Assembly (NCBI GenBank): GCA_001600695.1
Contig: BCKQ01000006.1
Span: 680,982 to 699,700 of the forward strand
Direction of reading: 5' to 3'
Length of the DNA stretch: 18,719 bases
DNA from: Ascoidea asiatica JCM 7603
Taxonomy: Eukaryota > Fungi > Ascomycota
Part shown: one piece after another, positions 7,532-16,420 of the stretch
Layout: the number at the start of each line of letters is the position of its first letter
How positions within the stretch are numbered: position 1 is the stretch's first letter
Program-made: the position numbers and the translations under genes
Notes under the pieces: generated by a model
The model's database searches: none
Told to the model about the DNA's origin: nothing
The model's input: only the letters and a program-made list of their open reading frames with translations

Positions 7532-10500
7532 TTAATCAGTAATATCTGAAATATATGTATCATTCCCTGAATCTATCATGTCTGGGTTCTCTTGTGACTT
7601 CGATAATTCGTTCCACATTGTTGAAAGCTGTAATTTAATTAAATATTACAAAATTAGAACTTAAGTTAGTAAATTGAATTCAAAGATAGAATTGGAAATA
7701 ATAAATTTAACTACTTCTTGAAGTAAACTTACTTGAATTTCTAGTCTTTCATTAACAAATGATGATAATTTAATAGCTTCTTTACACCAGATATTTCCAT
7801 CATTTTTTTTACCCGAAATCATTAATGAAACCCCTTCATTCCAACATTTAGTACATATCCATTCAATATCACAACAATTGTCTTTAATTTCTTTTTTCTC
7901 AATACAACGAATTCTGGAATAAATTCTTGATATAATTTCAATAAAATTTTTATTATAAAACTCATTACTATCTCCTAAGAACATTCTAACCCATCTTAAA
8001 ATTATTGATATTGAATATTCATTACTTAATGATTTTTCTAAAATTATATTCAAAACTTTGCTTTTCACTTTATTTGGACAATCAATACCTAATATTATAT
8101 TAACAAAATATTCATTTAACTCAACTGAATTAGAAACATATTTATAATCATTGATTATTCCCTCGATCAATTCCCAATTTTTTAGTTTTAGTTCAATTTC
8201 ATATTGGAATAAAAGTACTTGAGAATAGCATGTTCTATAAAATAATTTGGATTTGACTTCATTATTGATATCCTTTGAATCATTTTTATCTTCAATTACT
8301 TCAATTGTTTCCTGTAAATCCATTTTTTCACTATTTTCATCATTCATCTCAATGTCCATAGTTGATGAATAATCACTTGAGTTTTCAAAAGTATTTAAAA
8401 CTTCCAATAATTTTTTTTTCAAATTCATGCAAGACTTTTCACTGTCTTTTAAAAATTCATTCTAAAAAGGTATATAGCAAAAAAAAACATTAAAAATATT
8501 TAGTTAGTTGGCTTCAAAAAAGAAAGTAAATAAATTTAAAAATGAGAAAGGGTCCTCACTTACTTTTTTAATTGAATCCGTTTCTATTTCAATTATGGAG
8601 TTATAACATAAAATATTCAATAAGTTTATTCGAATTGACCACTTTTTTAAGTCTTCAAGTTTTTTTTCATCCTTAAAATCTATTTCTTCTTTTTTAGTAT
8701 TCTTAATTTCCATGAGCAGTAAATCTATGAGTTTTAATGATAAATCAGATAATATCAATCCTTCTTCGAACCAATTTGAGTTATAACAATCATAAGCTAA
8801 ATTATAACCATTTCCTCCTAACCATTCAAGTTCATCCATAGATACTGTTTGTTTTTTAATTAATTCTTCCGAAGTTTTTCTATTATCATTTTTTTTAAAA
8901 TTATTTCCATCTTTTTTCATTACTTCTCTAGAATATTTAAAACAATTTTTAGCAAAATTAACACTTTGTAAGAATAAATTACATGTAGTTTGAATATATT
9001 TTAATTTTAATTCTTTATTAATAGATTTCAATGAAACTTCATTGATAATTAATTGAATAGTACAACGTAAAGTTATTGGAATTAAAATTTCATCAGAAAA
9101 TTTTTGATCATTTTTCTTTGTTTTTTCTAAGATTGTAACCATTCCTTCAATTGCAACATCGGTATTTGAATGGCTTCTTGCATCAACAATACAAGATAAT
9201 AATATTGATAAATTATTTTCTTCATCATTTTCAAAAATTTTTTTAATAATTTTTATTGAAGTTTCATTTTTTTTTTCAATTAAAGAAACTTTGAATAAAT
9301 TATATAAAGTTAATAGATGAGATTTATCATTATTATCCATGGAATTATAAATTTCTTTAACTTTATCAATTTGATTTAATTCAAGATAACAATTTTGTAA
9401 AGATCTTTTAATTTTTGCAATATTTTCTTTACAATTTTCATTTGATGATAGAATAAATCTATGAAGACATAAAGTGAACCATTTTATTGAATTTTCATAA
9501 TTTTTTTCTTTCATTGAAGATTTTCCATTATTCCAAAATAGCTTTGATAAATTAATTAGATGAAATAAATAGTTAGTTATATACTCAAAATAAAATAAAA
9601 TAAAATAATATAAAGAAAAAAAAAGGTGAAAATACAGTTATCAATGATGATGAACATTTACTTGATAAAGGTTTTGGAAATTTTTTTTCAGCAACTGAAC
9701 ATGTTAGAATTGTGAATTAAATAATTTGAAAAATTAAGTGTATGATACTTACGATTAATAAATTCATTAACATTTTCTAATTTTTTCTCAGTTGTAATAT
9801 TATTTGAATTATTTGAGGATAACCATAATCTTGAAATTAAAATAGATTCTAAAGAATCGAAATTTAAAATTGGATCAATTTTATTTAAAAAAATATAATC
9901 TAAACATTTAATTGCAGAATTTATATCCTTTTTTGAGAAATTATTAATTATTGAAATTATTTGATTAAAATTTATGATTATTGGTACTGACATTATCATT
10001 CTCATTAAGGTTTGTTCATATAAATTAATTGAATCAATTTTATTTAAAATTTTAGAAGAAGAATTTAATTCAATTAATTGTAATTGTAATTTAAAAGGAT
10101 CAATTTTATTTGGAAAATGATGTTCAAGATCAGATATATATGTTTTTGCAGTATTAATATTTTTATTATCTAAAAGACATTGAGATAATAATATTAAAAT
10201 ATTATATTTTAAATTTGAAATTGATATTGAATAAGTATTATCTTTAGTATTATTAATATCTTTTTCAATATTTGAATTTTGTTGATCTAAAGAAATATTT
10301 AAATAATCATTAGCAAATTTTAAAAAATTTATAGAATTATCTAAGTTTTCATTATTACTATTTAAATTTTTAGGATCATTAATTAAATTAAAAGTTGAAT
10401 TATAAATAATTCTTGAAATTTCTATAAGTATATCATAATTTATAAGTGATAAATTATTTGAAATTAATTTTTTTGCATTATTTTGATATAAAAAAGCTAA

Positions 10501-11476
10501 TTGAAAATCATTTAAAACTAATGAATATCTCATATCTAAAATATTTGATTTAATTTTTAAGAAAATTAATTTATCAATATTTTTTTTACTAATGTTACTA
10601 TTATTGTTATTATTTTTATTATTATTATTATCATTGGAAGTATTATTTAATAATTTAATTAATAGATCAATATAATCTTGAATTGATTTAATTAATTGAT
10701 TAATTGAAGTTGTATTTGTATTAGAATTATTGATATTATTAATATTATTAGAAATTTGATTAAATATATTAAATTGATCTAATAAATAATCATAAGTTTT
10801 TATAAAACAATTTAAAGATCTTAATAAAGAAAATTTAGTTGAATTTATTAAATGAGAATGAATTAATAATAAAATAGAAGTAAAAAATTTTGAAATTAAT
10901 AAAGAATTTTTAATTAAATTTAAATCAATATCTGAATTTAAATTTAAATTTGAAATTGAATTTGATTCTGTATTAGTAATAGTTGAATTTGAAGTTGAAG
11001 TTAATGGAAATTCTCTTAAAGCAATTGTTAATGAATTCCATAATCTTGTTGCAGAAGTTTCTAATGATAAAAGTGAATTATTATTGATATCAAATTTAGT
11101 TTTTTGATTTACTGATTTAGTTTTATTTTTTTCTTTTTTTTGAGATTCAGTTGAAATTAAATCATTATTATCATTATGAATATCATTATCATTATTTAAA
11201 ATATTATTTCTTAATGAACGTTCAATTGATTGAGCTAATGGTAATAAAGAAGAGATTCTATTCAAACATGTATTATTTTCAGTATTATCAGAAGAAGAAA
11301 GTATATTTTTATTTGAATTCAAAATTTGAATTAAAGAATTTGAAGCATCTAATTAAAATATATTAGAAATAAGAACTAGAAATTGATTATTTAAATAGTA
11401 AAACATACAAATTATAAAGGTGGATCATACCAATGAATTCATTCAAAGTTGCTTGAATACTGGTGATTATTTCCAT
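7532..11476 (-). CDS. SPO22: Meiotic TPR protein Spo22/Zip4 (TEX11 family). Six exons: 11476-11431, 11348-9753, 9694-9636, 9541-8564, 8461-7733, 7627-7532; 3504 nt, 1167 aa
   Basis: Three track ORFs and three small exons join in frame through five GT..AG introns with CTAAY branch points (phases checked by hand). Motifs LETSATRLWN, SLIT|LFWNNGK...YENSIKWF...KIKRSLQNCYL, ELEWLGGNGYNLA and IEWICTKCWNEG...WCKEA are characteristic of Zip4/TEX11. Confidence 0.85.
7628..7732 (-). other. SPO22 intron 5 (105 nt)
   Basis: GTAAGT donor, canonical TACTAAC (7665-7671), CAG acceptor. Phase 0 gives ERLEIQ-LSTMWNELSK. Confidence 0.88.
8462..8563 (-). other. SPO22 intron 4 (102 nt)
   Basis: GTAAGT donor, AACTAAC branch point, polypyrimidine tract, TAG acceptor; phase 0. 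Confidence 0.85.
9542..9635 (-). other. SPO22 intron 3 (94 nt)
   Basis: Weak GTATTT donor, AACTAAC branch point (9572-9578), AAG acceptor. Phase 0 restores the SLIT-LFWNNGK motif. Confidence 0.7.
9695..9752 (-). other. SPO22 intron 2 (58 nt)
   Basis: GTAAGT donor, TTCTAAC branch point, CAG acceptor; phase 1. Confidence 0.85.
11349..11430 (-). other. SPO22 intron 1 (82 nt)
   Basis: GTATGA donor, TTCTAAT branch point, TAG acceptor. Phase 1 joins MEIITSIQATLNEFI to DASNSLIQILNSNK. Confidence 0.7.
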
Positions 11477-11492
11477 GATCAGAGGCAAAAAA

Positions 11493-11504
11493 GTGTCGGC
11501 GGTA
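11493..11504. promoter_or_regulatory. URS1-like (Ume6) early-meiotic element GTGTCGGCGGTA about 20 bp upstream of the SPO22 ATG
   Basis: Contains the TCGGCGG core of S. cerevisiae URS1 (TCGGCGGCT). SPO22 is a known early meiotic gene. Confidence 0.65.
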
Positions 11505-11860
11505 AAGAAATTCTTCTTCTCAAGAAGCAGAAGCAGCAGAATCAACAGAAATTGATGAAATTGATGAAATTGATGAAATTGATGAAAAAGAATCAAGAAG
11601 TGAAAAAGAAGCAAGAAATAACAAAAAAGAAGAAATTCAAATTCAAATTCAAATTCAAATTCAAATCTTTTTTTTTTCTTTTTTCTTTTCCTTTGGGGTT
11701 TTTAAAAGCAAGAAGCACGCGCCACAAGTATCTAAACACACCAGCCATGTCTAATTCCCAATTGGTACGTGGCTTTAAATGACTAAAATGTGACCAAATT
11801 ATTTATTATTTTATAAACTTTTAAGTTATTTATAATTAATATGAAAAAAAAGACTTGATT

Positions 11861-13807
11861 TTATTGAATTAACAATCCATTTTTAAATTTTTTGAATTTT
11901 TTAGATCTTTTAGATCTTTTAGATCTTTTAGATGATGAATTTGGTATAATTTCAAAAGAATCTAATATTCTTTTTTTCTTTTTTGAATTCATTTGTAATT
12001 TAATTTCAAATATTTCATATAATTCTAAAAAATCAGTTTTATTAATTAATTTATATTTCTTAGATTTGAAATTATCTTTCAATTTTTTGAAAATTAACTT
12101 TATATTATCATTATTATAATTATCATTATTGTAAAGAGTATTTTCAATTAAATAATTTAGAAATTTTTTAAATTTTATTGGATTTTCATTAAATATATTA
12201 AATAATATTGATATTGGTAATAGATTATTATTATTACTTAAGGTTATATTTTTTTCAGATGTATAAAATTTTTTTAAAATTTTAACAATAATTAAATAAT
12301 TTAATAAATTTAATTTATTTTTTATATTTAAATTTTTTTCAATAAAAAAAATTAATTTATTTAAAAACATATTATTAATTGGATTAAAATTTTGAATTGA
12401 GATTTTATTAAATAACCAAAGAAAATCAATAAATAATGAATTAAAATTTGAAAATTGATTAAAATTTTGTTTTAAATAATTAAAAATTCTTAAAAAAGAT
12501 ATTAATAATGAATCATATTTTTTTTTAATTATATTAATATTATTATTTGAAGAATTTAAAATAATATTAAAAATTTGAAATTTATTATTTAAAATTGAAT
12601 TTATTGAAATTTTATTAAATAAAAATTTTATTAAAAAATTATTAATTTCATAATTATTTAAATTTAAAGATAAATTAATTAATTTTAAAATATTTTGAAA
12701 ATTATTCCAAAATTGAATTGAATTAATTTTAAAAATATAAAAATTTAAAAAACTTTTAATTAAATAAATTGAATTTTTTTTAAATTCATTTAAATATAAA
12801 ATTATTGAAGGTATTAAAGGTAATAAAATTTCAATATTTATAAAAATTAAACCAATAATTTTACCTAATAATAAAAATTTATTATATTGAAAAATTGAAT
12901 AAAATTTATCTTCATACCAAATAAATTTTGGTATTAAATTAAAGTTGTTTTTAAAATTATTTTTAGAATTATTTATAGAATTATTTAAATTTTGAATTGA
13001 ATTTAAAATTGAATAAAAACCAAGATTTATTGAAGTTAAATCAGATAATTTTTTTGGAAATTGATTAAAATTTAATTTATTTAAACAAATTTTAAATTCA
13101 TTATAAATTTCATTTAAATTTTTAAAATAATCTTTTGATAAATTTAATTTTTGTGAATTCCAGAGGAAATTTGAATAAAAATTATTAAATTTTATTAAAT
13201 TTTTTTCTGAAATTATAATTGAATCATCATCATCATCATCATCATCAACATCAACATAATCTTCATCATTGTTATCATCAAAAGTTGAATCAAAAGTTGA
13301 ATCAAAAGATGTATCAATGTCTTCATTTTCAATTTCCATTTCAATATTATTGATATTTAAGTATGAATTAATTAAATATTTATCTAAATTTATATTATTA
13401 TCATTAATATAATAATTTGAATAAGAATCTGAGTGTGTAAATGAATTTGAATTTGAATATGAATAGGAATTTGAATAGGAATTTGAATAGGAATTTGAAT
13501 AGGAATTTAAATTGAATTGATTTAAGATAAAAAATTGATTATTTTGATTATTATAATTTTTATATAAAATATTTGGTAATAAATTAATTTTTTCATTAAA
13601 TGAATTTAATTTTGATTGAAATGGTCTTAAGATTCTATTACATTTTTGAATTGAATTAAAATTTATATTTTTATTAATATTTGAATATTTTGAATGTTTT
13701 AAATTGAATTTTCTTTTCTTTTTTTTAATTATATTATTATTATTGTTATTATTATTGTTATTGGAGATGTTATTGGAGATGTTATTTGAATTGAATTGAT
13801 TATTCAT
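11861..13807 (-). CDS. Hypothetical Asn/Ile/Lys-rich protein (648 aa from the first ATG at 13807); family not recognised
   Basis: About 1.95 kb of open frame in DNA where stop codons are very frequent. Has basic NLS-like stretches at both ends, an acidic tract and a non-repetitive KCNRILRPFQSKL segment. Confidence 0.75.
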   Translation of the reverse strand: MNNQFNSNNISNNISNNNNNNNNNNIIKKKKRKFNLKHSKYSNINKNINFNSIQKCNRILRPFQSKLNSFNEKINLLPNILYKNYNNQNNQFFILNQFNLNSYSNSYSNSYSNSYSYSNSNSFTHSDSYSNYYINDNNINLDKYLINSYLNINNIEMEIENEDIDTSFDSTFDSTFDDNNDEDYVDVDDDDDDDDSIIISEKNLIKFNNFYSNFLWNSQKLNLSKDYFKNLNEIYNEFKICLNKLNFNQFPKKLSDLTSINLGFYSILNSIQNLNNSINNSKNNFKNNFNLIPKFIWYEDKFYSIFQYNKFLLLGKIIGLIFINIEILLPLIPSIILYLNEFKKNSIYLIKSFLNFYIFKINSIQFWNNFQNILKLINLSLNLNNYEINNFLIKFLFNKISINSILNNKFQIFNIILNSSNNNINIIKKKYDSLLISFLRIFNYLKQNFNQFSNFNSLFIDFLWLFNKISIQNFNPINNMFLNKLIFFIEKNLNIKNKLNLLNYLIIVKILKKFYTSEKNITLSNNNNLLPISILFNIFNENPIKFKKFLNYLIENTLYNNDNYNNDNIKLIFKKLKDNFKSKKYKLINKTDFLELYEIFEIKLQMNSKKKKRILDSFEIIPNSSSKRSKRSKRSKKFKKFKNGLLIQ

Positions 13808-14041
13808 TGTAATTGAATAAAGAGTCAATTGAAGATGTTAAATGTTGTTAATTGAAAGTGATAATAAATATAATTAATTCAATTTTATATTTCATTGAAT
13901 TAATGATTGATAATAAATTGGTTGTTTACTTTTTGAATTGATTGTTTATGATAAACGTGGCTTGTCCTAAAGGGGGAAGTGTGTGGCTAGTGTCTCTTTA
14001 TCTTTTTTCTTCTTTGTTTATTTCTTTGTTTATTTCTTTGT

Positions 14042-15358
14042 TTATTTTATGCTGATTTTTTTTGTGTCGGCGGCAAAAGAAGCAGCAGCAGCAGCAGAAA
14101 CACCATCGAAAGCAGCAGAAACACCACCAGAAACACCAGAACCATCAGAAACACCAGCAGAAACACCACCAGAAGAAGACTCAAAGGGGTTGGGATCGTT
14201 TCTAAGAGACAATTCTTCATCAATAAAACATCCAAGACCAAGAAAAGCTTCAGATAAAGCTCTTTGATAAATTTGATTTACATTCCAACCTGAGGCTAAA
14301 TATAATTTATTATTTTTTATTGATTGAGTTGTAGAATCAAAATATGAATCATCAATAATATATTTTATTCTTAAATCTTTATCACCATTAAAAGGAGTAA
14401 ATGGAGTTGATTGTGATGTATTTTTATATCTAGCGCCATTATTCATATTATCCATATTATTATTATTATTATTATTATCATCATCACCATCATCATCTTC
14501 TATATCATAAGTATCATCATTAAGTCTTTCAATATCTAAATCTAAATCTATATCAAAATCTTTATTATTAATAGTATTATCTATTTCAGAATTATTAATA
14601 TAATTATCATTATTATTATAATAAGAAATTTGATTAAGAATATTTTTAATTAATTTATTATATTTTTTTTTACGTAAATTTGATTTTTTTTCATATTTTA
14701 AATTTAATTCATTAATAATTTTTTGAGAATTTTTATTATCAATAGAATTTGAATTTAATAAATTTAAATTTATTTCTTTTTTTAAATTTAAATCATCATC
14801 AATTTGAAATTGATTAAATTTTTTTTTTAAATAATTTTTTTTAAAATTTAAATTTTTAATAATTTTTAAATTTTTAAAATTCTTAATTAAATTTTTTTTA
14901 ACTCTTTCATTATTAATATTAATTAATTTTTTATTTGAAATTTCATAATTTTTTAATTCAATTTCAGTTTCTTTTAAATTAATTTTATTTGATAAATTAA
15001 AAATTATTATTTCAAATTTTTCTAAATAATTATTATAATCATTAATTGAATTAAAATCATTTATAGATTTATTTAAAATTTTTGAAATTCTTTTTCTTAT
15101 ATCTATTTCTTTTTCAATATTTATATCTTCAAAAATTTGTTCTTTAAATTGTTTTTTTCTTAAAATTTTTAAACAATTTTTATATGGACATGGTGCTGGT
15201 CCACTACCAAAAATTCTATTCACACAAGATTCACACATCCTATGATAACATTCTAAATTTACTAAAAATTTCATATCTGGTGAAAGATATTTATCAGTTT
15301 TACAAATTGGACATTTATCAATCCATTTTTCATCATTATAATCAATATCTTCTTCCAT
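14042..15358 (-). CDS. TFB3: TFIIH/TFIIK subunit Tfb3 (MAT1, CDK-activating kinase assembly factor)
   Basis: C3HC4 RING CPICKTDKYLSP...ECYHRMCESCVNRIF...CPYKNC, followed by FEDINIEKEIDIRKR, PFTPFNGD and ASGW...RALSEAFLGLGCFIDEEL. Confidence 0.96.
   Translation of the reverse strand: MEEDIDYNDEKWIDKCPICKTDKYLSPDMKFLVNLECYHRMCESCVNRIFGSGPAPCPYKNCLKILRKKQFKEQIFEDINIEKEIDIRKRISKILNKSINDFNSINDYNNYLEKFEIIIFNLSNKINLKETEIELKNYEISNKKLININNERVKKNLIKNFKNLKIIKNLNFKKNYLKKKFNQFQIDDDLNLKKEINLNLLNSNSIDNKNSQKIINELNLKYEKKSNLRKKKYNKLIKNILNQISYYNNNDNYINNSEIDNTINNKDFDIDLDLDIERLNDDTYDIEDDDGDDDNNNNNNNMDNMNNGARYKNTSQSTPFTPFNGDKDLRIKYIIDDSYFDSTTQSIKNNKLYLASGWNVNQIYQRALSEAFLGLGCFIDEELSLRNDPNPFESSSGGVSAGVSDGSGVSGGVSAAFDGVSAAAAASFAADTKKISIK
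14060..14075. promoter_or_regulatory. Overlapping MSE (GACACAAAA, - strand, 14060-14068) and URS1-like TCGGCGGCA (14067-14075)
   Basis: Matches the Ndt80 MSE consensus GNCRCAAAW and the URS1 core; lies about 255 bp upstream of the orphan ORF ATG. Confidence 0.5.
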
Positions 15359-15892
15359 TACTTTTCTATCTTCTGTATCTCTTAATGTCTTAATCTCTTG
15401 ATTGAATTGATTGAAATAAATATTTTATAATAAAATAACAAAAATGATTTATTTATATCCTTTATTTTTATTAACATTAACAGTAGCAATTAAATTGATT
15501 AGATTAGTCAGCCACATTTATTACTAATACAGAACAGGGCTGGTGATTTTAATAATTTTAATGGCTAGAATATCCATGTTTGTGGACTCTCTGTAGCACA
15601 TGACAATGACTGATCACATGACCAGCCTGGTCACCTGACATCCAGTCACCTGACATTATCCTCCTCATCGAAACTCAAAACTCAAAACTCAAAACACAAA
15701 ACACAAAACCGAAAAGGTCCCAGAAATTTATAAAAGAATAAATAAAAACAAGAGAAAACAACAGAAATGAAAGGCTCCAACTGAGAAATAAACAGTAAAT
15801 CTTTTTGTAGCTGGTTGATTGAAAGTAATTGAGATTATTGATAATTGAAAGCCCGAGTAGATTTGGTTCTGTGGTGAAAGAAGAGAAGAAAT

Positions 15893-16040
15893 GAAATGAG
15901 AAGAAATGAGAAGAAATGAGAAGAAATGAGAAGAAATGAGAAGAGAAAGAGCACTGCAAAATGAAATACTGAAATACTCTTAAATGAAATACTTCCAGAT
16001 GAAATACTTCCAGATGAAATACTTCCAGATGAAATACTTC
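15893..16040. repeat. Adjacent minisatellites: (AAGAAATGAG)x4+ and (ATGAAATACTTCCAG)x3.8
   Basis: Read directly: 10-mers at 15901-15940; 15-mers at 15984-16040. Confidence 0.95.
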
Positions 16041-16420
16041 TACAGTCAGAGAAGTCAAAGAACTAAAGAACGAAAGAAGTAGCTTCAAGCTTGAAGCTTG
16101 AAGCTCGTGTTCCAAGTAAAAAATAAAATAATGATTGTATTCTCTTTTGAGGCTTTTTTCCAATTAAAATCAACTTATAAAATCTAGAATCAATAAAAAA
16201 GTAAAAAAGGTCTGAGAATAAAAGAAATAAATAAATAATAAGTCAATTCAATACGAAACGAAACAATAATCAACAAATTAAATATCTTTAAATTTATTTA
16301 TTATCTATTAAACTTACTTCTTAACTTTATTTTTTATCACTTTAATCTTACTCTATTCATTTATTAAAAAAAATATCTGGTTTTATAATATTAATAATGA
16401 TATTTTATATAATATATAAA

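Noticed and set aside
7661-11322. Three independent genes or a frameshifted pseudogene
   Set aside because: Every break is bounded by GT..CTAAY..AG signals that restore one continuous Zip4-like frame.
11151-12119. Short ORFs 11151-11366, 11420-11782, 11892-12119 and most of 11387-11614
   Set aside because: Antisense shadows or microsatellite-driven frames (LMK, FK, LDL and HQF repeats), often without an ATG. Only 11476-11431 is retained, as SPO22 exon 1.
13983-14267. 94-aa + strand and 64-aa - strand ORFs at the TFB3 3' end
   Set aside because: Alternative readings of the same low-complexity repeat, overlapping TFB3.
15613-15720. Point centromere starting at the CDEI-like ATCACATG
   Set aside because: The following sequence is not a highly AT-rich CDEII, so the CCGAA at ~15709 is probably coincidental.
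15984-16040. CRISPR-like or telomeric array
   Set aside because: Head-to-tail repeats with no spacers, eukaryotic context, internal position, and no match to the candidate template.
15675-16163. 162-aa ORF
   Set aside because: Starts at TTG and is made largely of the 10-bp and 15-bp minisatellites (EVFHL repeats, Phe/Ser runs).
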